Made by a program: the position numbers and the translations under genes. Under the pieces are notes generated by a model. The model was not told the origin of the DNA, ran no database searches, and saw only the letters and a program-made list of their open reading frames with translations. This document shows, piece by piece, positions 1 through 13,400 of a stretch of 64,000 nucleotides of DNA. Source of the DNA: Podarcis muralis (lineage: Eukaryota); assembly GCF_964188315.1 (NCBI RefSeq), contig NC_135670.1, positions 17,794,001 through 17,858,000 of the forward strand, written 5' to 3'. Each line of letters begins with the position of its first letter. Position 1 is the stretch's first letter.

Positions 1-730
1 AACCACAGTAAAAAACTTCCCTGTACAGAGCTGCCTTAAGAGGTCTTTTAAAAGTCAGATAGTTGTTTATTTCCTTGACATCTGATAGGAGGGCATTCCA
101 CAGGGTGGGCACCACTACCAAGAAGTCCCTCTGCTTGGTTCCCTGTAGCCTCACTTCTCACAATGAGGGAACCGCCAGAAGGCCCTCAGAGCTGGACCTG
201 AGTGTCTGGGCTGAATGATTGGGGTGGAGACACTTCTTCTCATGTACAGGGCTGAAGCCCAAGGCACTGTCCACCCAGTGACCCGCCTTGCCAGCCAAAC
301 ACATTTTGGCACCTAAGGCGAACCACAAAATGGTGCCTCCTCCCCCAGCCATGGAAGAAGGGGTGAGTTAAGCTCTACATCAGGAACAAAGGGGGAATAA
401 AGATCTCCACTGGAAGCAAGGGTGGGAGGAGACCAGCAGTGGCTCCTATTTGCCATGATGCCACTGTGGCGTAGCGTGGGGGGGGGGTTGCCACGGAGAC
501 AGCAGATCCAGCCTCCAAGGAGTGCATTGCAGCAGTTGCTGCCACTGTGGCAGCAGCAGCGGGTGATGCATTCCTTTGGAGGTCGGATCTGCTGCCTCCG
601 TGGATCCTGTCCACAGAGGCGGCCACCTCACCTCAGTGGTGGACCTACATTTTCGGGGCCTCTTCACAACCAGCAAGTCTGGGTAATCGCTGTTGTCTAC
701 TTCAACAGGGTTGTTTACAATATTTGGGTT

Positions 731-1092
731 AAAGTAAAGGTTAAGGTACCCCTGCCCGTACGGGCCAGTCTTGACAGACTCTGGGGTTGTGCGCCCATCT
801 CGCTTAAGAGGCCGGGGGCCAGCGCTGTCCGCAGACACTTCCGGGTCACGTGGCCAGCGTGACAAGCTGCATCTGGCGAGCCAGCGCAGCACACGGAAAC
901 ACCGTTTACCTTCCCGCTAGTAAGCGGTCCCTATTTATCTACTTGCACTTAAGAGTGCTTTCGAACTGCTAGGTGGGCAGGAGCCGGGACCGAACGACGG
1001 GAGCTCACCCCGCCGCGGGGATTCAAATCGCCGACCCGACGATCGGCAAGTCCTAGGCTCTGAGGTTTTACCCACAGCGCCACCCGCGTCCC
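731..1092 (-). mobile_element. Sauria SINE, full length
   Basis: The minus strand starts GGGACGCGGGTGGCGCTGTGGG and ends in an (ACCTTT)n-like tail. Confidence 0.85.
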
Positions 1093-1205
1093 AAAACTTT
1101 GGGATTGTTGAAATGCATACCAATTTATTTATTTATGAATCAATTTGAGTCAGGTGGCAAAAATTGGTTCTACCAACCCATTTTTAAAAAAAGCAACGTG
1201 GACTG

Positions 1206-1347
1206 AAGTTGCACTGACTGGCAGCAGTGGCTGGCCAGGGTTTCAGGCAAGAGCCTCTCCTATCCTAGTTTTCCTGGAGATGACAAGGATTGAACCTGGG
1301 ACCTTCTGTATGCAAGGCAGAGACTCTACCACTGAGCTGTGGCCCTT
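1206..1347 (-). mobile_element. tRNA-derived short SINE (Squam3/MIR-like)
   Basis: Minus strand head GGGCCACAGCTCAGTGGTAGAG...GGTTCAATCC (A/B boxes); related copies lie at about 61275-61640. Confidence 0.6.
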
Positions 1348-4163
1348 CCCTTCCCTCGAGGACCCCTGCTGTGGTGGTCCACAGAGCAGTTTTGGAACTC
1401 GCTTCTTCTCTTTTCTTTCCAGGGCTGCTCCAGCTCCTGCCAGACCCTTTGCCAGCCAAAGTTTGGAGCCTCGCCGCCAGCAAGGATGGGGGGACAGGTT
1501 CAAGTCCATAATATGTGCTCTGATGTGACAGGTGTGTCTTGCTGCTGAATTGACTGTCCAGTGGGAGCTTTAGAAGGGTATTGATGCTCTTCTGGTCCAA
1601 ACCACCATTCGTAAACTGTGGCACACCGCTTCTCTGAGGAACACAAGTGCTCTTCCGGGCCCGGCCAAAGTGGGACCACCTAGTCCGGCATCCTGTTCTC
1701 AGCACTGGCTGGCCGAGTGCTTCTGGGAAGTTCACGCACAAGGCATGAAGTCCACCCCAGGATTAATTGGGTCCCTCAACATCATTGGTGCTCTGATAAC
1801 ACCAGTTTAGTCACATTGGAAACTGCCTTGTTAGACCACAGATCCAACTGGCTCACGGCTCACTACTAGATATGTGCACAAAATTTCTTACAAAGTATTG
1901 TGTCTTTAATGAGATGATCAAAATTACATATCAACACATCACAAACCCTCCAGAACTTGCATTACTGAATCTGTAATGCAACTGTGCTTCATGGATAAAC
2001 CACTAATTGGATTTCTTTAAGGGGCTCTAGATAGACACATGATGGAAGGACTTGAAAGGGACAAGTGTGAAGGCTTGCTACAAGAGAGGATGGCATATTG
2101 CCCTTACAGAAAAAAACTGACTCACCAGTTTAGACCAGCAAGGGGAACAAAGCACAAAGTGTGATTGCTATTGTGTGCCTTCATAGAAGCAAGTGCACAC
2201 TGGGTAAGATTCTGCGGGCATTTGTGGAATTATGATGCCCTGGACCATATCATTTTCAAATCTTCTTTTTTTGTAATAATACATCCTGCTACACTAGTGT
2301 CACTTCACACAAGTAATCTCCTTTCTATATACATGTATCTCATGTGCCCATAAGAAAATTGCATAAGCCCAAATTTGTTACCAAACACCTGGCTGGAATG
2401 CATGTTACGAAACACACATCAAAGATGTCTGAAACAATTGGGATGCTGCTAATATTACCCAAGTATGGGCTATGGAGTAAATTAAATTTACAGAGCCTCC
2501 ATCTCTGTCTAAATGTGTGGCTTTGCAAAAGAGCAAAGAGCTCTGGTTGTTCTGTTTTGAAGAGTTGGAAAAATTGAAGTAAAGGAATAATGTTCAAACC
2601 AACCAGGGGGCTAGCACAATTTAAGGGCTTCAAATCCTCCACTAAGCTATGAGGCTCATTGGTCGTGATCTTTCAGGCCAGTCACTGCCTCTCAGCCTGG
2701 CCTACCTCACAGGGTGGTTGTGCAAATAGAGGTGGAGGGGAAAGAACCACATACACCACCTTGAGCTCCCTGTAGAAAAGATGGGATATCATTGTGATAA
2801 CATTCACACAATAGCACTCAATCAGAGCTTTCCAAACCGCGTGTCATGACATGTTAGTGTGTCGGCTGCAGTGTGTAGGTGTGTCACATGAATGCCCCCC
2901 TTGCTTCTCCCAGGGCTGGAAAGGGATGAGTTTAACCTCTGGTTTGCTAGTAAAACTGAATTACAGTACTGTGGCATGAAATGATACATCCCTAAAAAGT
3001 GTGTCGCCAACATGAAAAGTTTGGAAAGCTCTGCACTAAACACACAAGGCACAACAAAGCAGGAAGTTCTCCTGCAGAAGCCACTTTCAATCCAGTGGGA
3101 ACTCAAGCAACACCACTGCCCTGTGGGGCAAAGCTGACACACTCAACAAGACAGCCCCAGCCTGCCTTTCCCGAAATTAGAGTTCACACTGGGGTGAAGA
3201 GGGCAAAACAAGATTAAGAACAGAAGCAGAAATATTTTGTTATTGGGGGGTGGGAAAGAAAGCATGAAGCGCACAGCACAGGACACACCTGCAGACATTC
3301 TCCCTGCCCCATAAAGCTGGGTGACTGTTAAGGAGAAGGGGGATTGGCACCCGCGGGGGCGGCAGGGAGGTAGCAAAGAAGAGGAAGGAGGGATGTTAGG
3401 GTGGAAGGAGAGAAAAACACAGAAGACACTTTGCAATTTCAGGTGGTTGTTTTTACATCCCTCCTTACAGAATTAGGAGACTCTCAAAAAAGAAGGAGGT
3501 TATTGGTGCTGATGGGGATTTTTTTTGGGGAGGGGTGTTACAAAAAAAAGCAAAAACAGCAACACAGGAGAGGGCACACGCTTCCAGGCACACACACCGT
3601 CCAGCTATTTTGCTATTTTCTTGCATTTCTCAACCCCTCTCTGTAAAACAAAGGAGCTGTTAGACAGGGAGTATTATTGAAGGTGGGGAGCATTTTACAT
3701 CCCCACCCTTGAGTTTCACTATAATCCTGTCTAATGTTGGTGCAATTAACTGAGTTCTCATTACCCAGTTTATCTTATTGCACAGGAGATCCTGCCCTAT
3801 TGCTAAATAATTAATATTAATAATACATTGTGGAGCGGCAGTTGGAAGGAGCTAACTTGATGACCCAGTTGGATGGCTTTAGAAGAGGATTAGGCAAATT
3901 CCTGGAGGAGGCTGTTCTCCCTCAACTATTGCAAGCTGCATGCCTCTGAACACCGGTTGCTAGCAATAACAAGTGGGAAGAGTTTTCTTGCATCCAGGTA
4001 CTGCTTACAGGCATTTCAAGAGGCCTCTCCTTGCTCACTGTGAGAATAGGATGCTGGATGAGGTGGGCCACTGCCCAGTTCTCTGAGTGCATGTTCTGGA
4101 AGTTGGGCAATAGGGGCAGTACAGTATTCCTTTTGGTGTACTGACCTCTCTGCTGCACCAAGG

Positions 4164-6720
4164 ATTCCCTGCCCGAGCTGCTTCAGGTCGTGGCAGATGT
4201 TCTCCTGGAGACACCTAGTTTGGTTGTCCTAGGGGATTTTAACATCCACGCCGACACGACCTTACAAGGGGCCGCTCGGGACTTCATGGAAAGCATGGCC
4301 TCCATGGGGCTGTCCCTGAATAAGTCTGGCCCAACTCATAGCTGCAGACATGCCTTAGACCTGGTGTTTACCTCTATGGATGTTGGTGATCTGACACTAA
4401 GTAAAAGTGAAACTAAAGAAGTGTCATGGTCAGATCACTTCCTGGTGCAACTGGACTTCTCTGCGACCCTTCCCCTCAGCAGGGAGGTGGGACCGATTCA
4501 GATGGTCCTCCCCCGCCACTTAATGGATCCAAATGGTTTCCAAAGAGTGGTAGGGGATGCTTTGTCCCATGTTGATGGCCTTTCAGCTGATTCCCTGGTG
4601 GCCCGCTGGAATGTGGAGTTAACCAGGGCTATTGACTGTTTGGCTCTGAAGCATGGAGCCCGGACAGCCCCGTGGTTTTCCATGGATCTGAGGGCAATGA
4701 AACAATCGCTCAGACGGGTAGCGTGCCGGTGGCGGATAATTCATTCTGAAGCTGACCGAACACGGGTTAGAGCTCAATGTTGAGCCTACCAAGTGGCGAT
4801 AGCGACGGCAAAGAAGACGTTCTTCACCACCTCTATTGCATGGAGAAAATAAACAGCAGCAGGAGACTCTTTCAGGTGGTTTGCAATTTAGCAGAACCAC
4901 CTGCTCCATCAGGGCCCATTACAGGCCACATGATCTCCTGCAATGATTTCGCAATTTTTTTTGCAGATAAAGTCACTCAGATTCGGGAAGAGGTAGACTC
5001 CACCGTGGGAGCAGGGCCGGGGCGGGAGAGTGCTAGAATCCTGTCTAGTCAAGTTGCATGGGATCAATTCCAATCTGTTACCTCCGAAGATGTGGACAGG
5101 CTGCTTGGACGAGTGAAACCAACCACCTGTCTCCTTGATCCTTGCCCATCCTGGCTTATAAAAGCTAGCCGGGGAGGGCTGGATGATAGGCTTGGCGGGG
5201 TGGGGGGTGGGGGGGGGGTGAATGCTTCTCTCTGTGAAGGAGCCTTCCCAGATCTGCTGAAAGAGGCGGTCATTAAACTGCTTCTTAAACAAACATCTCT
5301 AGACCCAGCCATTATGGCCAACTATCGCCCAGTCTCAAGTCTTCCATTCTTGGGCAAGGTGACTGAGTGGTTGCTGAACAACTCCAGGCATGCCTGCAAG
5401 AAGTGGACCATTTTGGATCCCTTCCAGTCAGGATTCAGGCCTTATCATGGGACTGAAACTGCCTGATGATCTCTGGCAGGCTAGGAAGAAAGGTGAGAGC
5501 TGTTTCCTAGCTCTGCTAGATCTCTCAGCAGCTTTTGATACCATCGACCATAACATCTTTCTGGACAGTCTAGAGGGGCTGGGAGCTGGGGGCACTGTTA
5601 TACAGTGGTTCTGCTCCTTCCTCCTGGGCCGTGTTCAGAAAGTGGTGGCGGCGGATGAGTGTTCAGACCCCTGGGGTCTCACTTGTGGGGTGCCTTAGGG
5701 TTCTGTCCTCTCCCCCATGCTTTTCAACATCTACATGCAGCCGCTGGGAGAGATCATCAGGGGGTTTGGGTTGGGTGTTCATCAATATGCCGATGATATC
5801 CAGCTCTACCTCTCTTTCAAATTAGAACCAGTGAAGGTGGTGAAGGTCCTGTGTGAGTGTCTGGAGGTGGTTGGAGGATGGATGGCAGCTAACAGATTGA
5901 GACTGAATCCTGATAAGACAGAAGTACTGTTTTTGGGGGACAGGAGGCGGGCAGGTGTGGAGGATGCCCTGGTCCTGAATGGGGTAATTGTGCCCCTGAA
6001 GGACCAGGTGCGCAGCCTGGGAGTCATTTTGGACTCACAGCTGTCCATGGAGGTGAAGGTCAATTCTGTGTCCAGGGCATCTGTTTACCAGCTCCATCTG
6101 GTACACAGGCTGAGACCCTATCTGCCCGTGGACTGTATTGCCAGAGTGGTGCATGCTCTAGTTATATCTCGCTTGGACTACTGCAATGCGCTCTACGTGG
6201 GGCTACCTTTGAAGGTGACCCAGGAACTACAACTAATCCAGAATGCAGCAGCTAGACTGGTGACTGGGAGCGACCGCCGAGACCACATAACACCGGTTTT
6301 GAAAGATCTACATTGGCTCCCAGTACATTTCCGAGCACAAATCAAAGCGTGGTGCTGACCTTTAAAGCCCTAAATGGCCTCGGTCCAGAATACCTGAAGG
6401 AGCATCTCCACCCCGATGGTTCTGCTGAGGTCCAGCACCAAGGGCCTTCTGGCAATACCCTCACTGTGAGAAGCCAAGTTACAGGGAACCAGGCAGAGGG
6501 CCTTCTCAGTAGTGGTACCCGCCCTGTGGAACACCCTCCCACCAGATGTCAAAGAGAATAACAACTACCAGACTTACAAGACAGACTTCCCTGTTTAGGG
6601 AAGCTTTTAATGTTTAACAGACCACTGTATTTTAATACTTTGTTGGAAGCCCCCCAGAGTGGCTGGGGAAATCCAGCCAGATGGCTGGGGTATAAATAAT
6701 AAATTATTATTATTATTACC
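4164..6720 (+). mobile_element. L2-clade LINE, 5'-truncated and degenerate (end of EN, RT, 3' tail)
   Basis: LGDFNIH, LDLVF and SDH (APE endonuclease); YRPVS, DLSAAFDTIDH, QYADD (RT); multiple stops and frameshifts; (TTA)n tail. Confidence 0.9.
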
Positions 6721-7116
6721 TCTTTTGTCACCACAATGTCCTGGCAAGGGCAGTGATACTGCTGTTGGCAGGAAATCAACACTGGCATGAATATGTCATC
6801 CATGGGAACCTGGGCTCTCTGAATCATGAGGGATGAAAGAGAACAAAGTATGAGAACGCTTTGTGAAGATGTGTTGAAGAACGTTTTAATGAGAACAATT
6901 TGCGAAGAACAGTTTGTGAAGGTGTGTTGCAGGGAAAATATTTTAGATAAAAGAAGGATGCGTGCCCTGATCTGATTGGCCTTCAGAGTATAGAAATCCC
7001 ATGCACCTCTTCTTGGCTGAGGATGTTCTCTTGCATATGCTGGAGACTTCTACAAAAGCCACTTGGCATCCGTCAAAGGGAAGGTCCCTACCTCTGTGCT
7101 TCTGAGCTGAAGGGAA

Positions 7117-10100
7117 ATGGCGTTTGGTGGAATTCTGTGGATGCTGATATTATATATGACCATTTTCATTCACTCCTTGCTGTTTGCACGGGGAGTTTAT
7201 TATCATTTTACAAGGACCCACATTCCTCCAGGAATCACCCACGGCAGAAAATTATCTTTTTTATCTTTTGCATTGGGATATCTCCTTGAACTGGTAAGTT
7301 TGTTTTACATATATCACAATCAAGGGGTTGGGGTGATACTCCCCCCCCCTTCATTAAAAAAGGCTGCAGTGTTTGGGATTTTTTAGTTTAGAGAAAAGGC
7401 AAGCTGCAGGTGACGTGATAGCAGTCTATAAAATTTGTGCATGTCACGGAGAAAATGTTTCTCCCTGTCTCATGACACTAGAACTAAATGTTGGAAGATT
7501 CAGGAAAGCTATAAGAGGGGACTTGTTCGCACTGGACATTTTCAAACTATGGAAGTCTTTTTCACAGGGGGCAGTGATGGCCAGTGCTTTTTTCTAAAAA
7601 AAAATATGTTTAGAAAACTCTCATTTTGACTCAAGAAAATCACCATGTAATAGTTCAAATCAGGAAAAATAAATACAGTAAATGGAGAAAAGTACAAAGA
7701 TTCACAAAATGTTTAGGGGTATGCGTACCCCTGTGTCCCCCGCCAGAAAAAAGCACTGTGAATCCAAAGGTAAATTAAGGAAAGAGAGGGCTATGGATGG
7801 CTGCTAGCCTGCATGGCTATGCTCTGCCTCTGCAGCTCAAGGCAGCAATGCTTCTGTACACCAGATAGGGGAAGGGGACAGGGCTCCTGTGCTCACATCC
7901 TGCTTGAAGGTTTCCCACAGGCAGTGGCGTAGCGTGGGGGGTGCGGGGGGGGGGGCGGCCGCACCGGCCGCAACATCTGGGGTTAGGGCAAATCCACGGG
8001 TTAGGGGGCGCAAATCCACAGGTTAGGGGGCGCAAATCCACGGGTTAGGGGGCGCAAATTACTTGCCTTGCCCCGGGTGCTGACAACCCACGCTACGCCA
8101 CTGCCCACAGGCACTGTGAGGAATCATCTGCTGGACTAGATGGGCCACTGGCCGGGACCAACAGGCTCTTTTTACATTCTTATGGAGAGAGGGAGAGAGA
8201 GAGAGAGTTTCATGCCAGCCCAAACTCCAAGAAGTGAGTGGTGAATGAAAGGATATACTGTACAGTGGTACCTTGGTTTGCATACATATTGGTTTGCATA
8301 TATTTTGGATTACAAACACGTCAAACCTGGAAGTGCGTGTCCCGGTTTGCAACCTTTTTTTTGGATTACAGCCCATTTTTTTGGATTATGAAATTTTTTT
8401 TTGAGGAGGCCCCTGTGGCGAAAGCGCGCCTTGAATTACAACCTGTTTTGGTTTACAAACGGACCTCCAGAATGGATTTGGTTGTAAAGCAAGGTACCAC
8501 TGTACAATTTAGTTGCCCCACATATGAGAGGTTCGTTCCACAGGCAGTGCATACCGTATTTTTTGCACCATAACACTCACTTTTTTCCTCCTAAAAAGTA
8601 AGGGGAAATGTCTGTGTGTGTTATGGAGGGAATGCCCACGGGTGGCATGCATACGGATTTTCCTCCTCTAAAAACTACGTGCATGTTATGGTCGGGTGTG
8701 TGTTATAGAGCGAAAAATACGGTATATGCAAAATATGTTTTTTATATGCAAAACTATCTAAGCCTGATCATAAATGCTGAATGTTTTGGTTTAAACAGGG
8801 CGTGTTTCTGGAAAAACTGGGCATTTGCCATAGATATGTCATCTGCAGGGCTGCGTACGATGCCATGCCAACAAAGAAGGACTTAAACCTGATCAGAAAG
8901 GACCTGGTTTTTGATGGGGTGCCAGTGAGGGTATACTGGCCCAAGACACCAGCTGCTGGGAACAGGAGAGGAATCATCTATCTTCATGGAGGTGCTGGAC
9001 TCCTTGGAAGCATCCGTAAGTTCTTTGAAAGAGTCTCAAAATGGTTCACTGTATTGTTTGAGGAGAATTTGGGCTGGCACATTAGTATAAAAGTCCTGAA
9101 GTGTTTGCTATGGCGGGCTTCGGGTGGTTTGTACTGCCCCTGTAGGCAGTTTAAGTTTAATGCAAGATGGGACCATGAGGCAAGAAAACGGGGCTGAGGC
9201 CCCCGTCACAAAGGCGTCCAGTTCTGTAGTAATTCTGTGAACGGCCCTGAAATTCTGTGAACCGCCCTGAGACCTCCGGGTATAGGGCGGTAGATAAATT
9301 CAATAAATAAGTAGAAATATATAAATTAAAATTAAAATTCCTAGTGTCACAGTCAATGAAAATAATTATTATTTATTATTTATTATTTATTATTTATTAT
9401 TTATTATTTGTACCCCGCCCATCTGGCTGGGTTTCCCCAGCCACTCTGGGCGGCTTCCATAAAAACCAAAAATACACTAAAATATCATACATTAAAAACT
9501 TCCCTGAACAGGGCTGCCTTAAGATGTCTTCTGAATGTCAGGTAGTTGTTTATCGCTTTGACATCTGATGGGAGGGCGTTCCACAGGGCGGGCGCCACTA
9601 CCGAGAAGGCCCTCTGCCTGGTTCCCTGTAGCTTTGCTTCTCGAAATGAGGGAACCGCCAGAAGGCCCTCGGTGCTGGACCTCAGCGTCCGGGCAGAACG
9701 ATGGGGGTGGAGATGCTCCTTCAGGTATACTGGGCTGAAAAATCCTAAAAATGCCAAAGAAGGTGTTTCTGCTTCATGTACCAAGGGACTTCTATGAAAG
9801 GGTTTTAAGAGGTGATCAGAAATAACTGGAAAGAAGCCAAGAAATGTGGGTGGAAGTTTGTTTTTGTTTTTTACCCACTGACACTGCTTGATCTCTGCTA
9901 CAGATCAGGAGAGGGTAAAACCACAGAATGCCCCATTTACAAAGAGTTCAGTGCAACTGAGTTTTTCCCAGAGGAACTTCATTAAAAGTTGTTGTTTTCT
10001 ACAGTCAAGTGGCATACAGTATACAATTTATGACATAAAAATAAATAAATAAGCTCATCTAAATTAGCTATATCTCTTGATTTCAACAGATTTACTTTTA

Positions 10101-10363
10101 GGAGGACTAAGCCTGGTGTCAACTCACAATGATTTCAGTGTGAATGAGCAGGGGAAATTGTAATGGAGGGGTTGTGGGGCTTGTGTTTTCTTCCAGGAGC
10201 CTGTGAAAACGTCTGCTGTTCCATTGTCCACGAAAGTGATTCAGTGGTTGTGAATGTTGGGTAAGTGGTTTCACTCTCTTGCTATCCGAAACAATGCGTA
10301 ATGCCTCTCAGCTTCCAACCTTTCCTGAGCCCAGAGGAATGATGTTGCTGCTGCTGCTGCTGG

Positions 10364-10404
<41 letters not shown>

Positions 10405-13400
10405 TCTTTTTATGATGCCGATCTGACTGGGTTGCCCCAGCCACTCTGCGTGGCACCCAATGAAAAAAGTAGTAAAACACAATACACCAAACACTAAAAG
10501 CTTCCCTGGACAGGGCTGTCTTCAGATGTCTTTTAAAAATCACATAGATGTTTAACTCCTTGAAATCTGCTGGGGGGGGGGCATTCCACAGGGCAGGTGC
10601 AACTACCAAAAAGGCCCTCTGCCTGGTTCCCTGTTACCTCACCTTTCACAATGAGGGAACCACAAGAAGACCCTCGGAGCTGGGTTGGACGATGGGGATG
10701 GAAATGCTCCTTCAGGTATACAGGGTCATAGCTGTTTAGGGCTTTAAAGGTTAGCACCAACATTTTGAATTGTGCTCGGAAACCTACTGGAATCTGTGGT
10801 AAGAATTCACTTCAACACCACCTTGTTCGTTAACCAGGTGAGAAATCACATTTAAATGATGATAGCCTGGAAATAAAATTCCCAATATTAAGAGATCTAA
10901 AGGAAAATAGTGCCCTCTTTCTAAACCCACCCCCACGTAGACATTCGAAAGATTGCCAAATCAACTATGCTGGATTCTGCCTGGCTTTGTTACAAATAAG
11001 TCTTGACCTGATCATTGCAAATGGGGCATTCCCTGGGGACAGAGAAGGCGAGTATACATACATAAATACAAATGGAGCCAGCACAGTAGACTACTGTCTC
11101 ACTAACAGAGAGGCCTTCGAATCAATTAAAAAATTCACCATAGATAATAGGACTGAAAGTGACTACTTACCTCTAATCATCTCCACTACTGGCCAAAATT
11201 CAATTCAGCGCTCTCACATAGAACATGAGGATATAGATAAAGCAAATGATCCAGCATTGCGTAGGAAAAAATGGACACCTGAGATAGCAATTGCAGTTGA
11301 GAATAGATTGAATTCACAAACTGCAATTAAGTTAAGATCAATTATAATAAACAATTTATCAATAGACTCCTCCCTGACAGCTTACGAAAATCTCATTGAG
11401 TCCTTGCAGGATGTGGTCTTGGTTAACATAAACTCAGCCGGCAAGCCACGCACTGCTAAAGGGTGTGGTTGGTTTGACCAAGAGTGCCGCACAAAGAAGG
11501 AAGCCTTAAGGAACGCCTATTTGGCCTATAGAAACACTGGATTAAACTATTTACCTCAATCTTATTTCAAAATCAAAAAAGAGTACAAAGCCCTTTTGGC
11601 CTCAAAAAAAAGGCAGTCCGAACAAAATTCCTGGTCCTTACTATTGAATGCCTCACTAAACAATGAAACTAAACTCTTTTGGCAACTGGTCTCCGACTCA
11701 ATGAAAAATAGTTCCTCAGCCCCCAGCTGTGTCATTCCAGCTCAGGTTTGGGAGAACCACTTCAGAAATATATTTATGGAAAATCCAAACCTCCCTTCCA
11801 GCTTACAGGAGGATGACAGGGTAGAATTGTCACTGCTCCCTAATTGGAGGCCAGTTACTGTGGAGGAAGTCCATATATTAATTGGGAATCTGAAGAGTGG
11901 AAAGGCCCCGGGAAAAGACTTTATCCCAGCAGAGTTGATTACATCAAACCAGCACTGGTGGGCTCCGCTTCTGGCAGCACTCTTTACGGTAGTAAATAAC
12001 TCGGGTAAGGTACCATATAGCTGGAAACACGCTATAGTAGTTCCAATCTTTAAGAGAGGCCACCCAAATGTACCATCCAATTATAGGCCTATTAGCCTGC
12101 TCTCAATAATTGGGAAGCTGTATGCCCGTTTCCTCAGTAGCAAACTGACAACTTTTCTAAATGAACATAATATACTGTCTGAAGCCCAGGCAGCTTTCCG
12201 TGAGAACCATTCAACAACAGACCACTGTCTAATGCTGTCCTTCTGTAGCACCCTGCTTGTGGTTAACGCTTAGCTGGAATGAAATATTCAACGCAGCAAT
12301 AGAGAAATTAAAATAATAATTTATTTGTCAGACAAATAAATGAGAGGCACAGTGGTATATGGTTACCAAGCTCTGGCCTGGCCTCCTGCCATTATGGCCA
12401 GCACTTATATTCCCTCAGCCCAGCTCCCTTGCTCCTCCTTTGGCTGCCTCTGTCCAATCAGCCTGGTTGAAATTTCTATTGGCTGATTGCCAGAACCAAT
12501 CATAAGAGATACACCCATTTCCTATTACCTTTTATGGGAGACAGAGAGCCATATTTCCTTCTATTTATAATTGGCAAACAAGTAGCCATTAACCTCTACA
12601 AGGCACCTTAATTACCAGATCACCTTTGCCCCTCTTGCCCTATTCCCTGCAAAACAGATGGCTAATGGTTCTAATTTTATCTGAACAGAGATCTTGGGTT
12701 CACCAGCTATGAAAGATCGCCTTCTTTGGAGCCATATGTCAGGAGTGCTCTGATGGTGTTTCCTGCCTGGCAGGGGGCTGGGCTCAATGGCCCTTGTGGT
12801 CTATTCCAACTCTAGGATTCTATGATTCTATGAAATAAGAATCTAACATAAGAATCTAAATTTCTAAATCCTTTGCATAATTACATTTAAGCCAATATAT
12901 TTCATACATTAACATATATAGCTTTTTAGAAGGAAAGGAACTTAGTAAAAGCTAAGCTAAATTCTCTCTAAATTCTCTAAAGCTTCAAAGCAGTTTCAGA
13001 GAGCTGCTTTTCCTAGTTTAGCTGCTGTTCCTATTTGTGACTCAAGTCTCATATGGGAGGCATAATAATTCTTACTATTTACCAGCTTAATTGTGTTTTT
13101 GCAACTTGATTATTCTGTAATTTGTAAGGTCAGTGACCTCTCTTCCCAGCCTTTTTATGACCGCAATAAACCAAAGGGGCCCTCTGCCTAAGAGGATGAA
13201 CATCTGCCAAAATCTTAGCCAGCCTAGTTCCTGCCTGGCATGAAACATTTGTGAATTTAAGCCCATTTTTAGAATTATAGGAACCTGATCAAAATATAAG
13301 CCTTGATTATAATGCAGGCTCAGATGCCTCACTTCCTAGCTGAGAAGTATACCAGACCTCTACAGGGTAAACTCTTTGTGGCCTTTATGGATCTGAAATC

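Noticed and set aside
1423-1497. Possible + strand exon after a strong polypyrimidine tract
   Set aside because: Weak donor, no recognisable translation and no partner exons.
10330-10402. Poly-Q/N/I/Y ORFs
   Set aside because: They come from (CTG)n(TAA)n microsatellite tails of L2 fragments.
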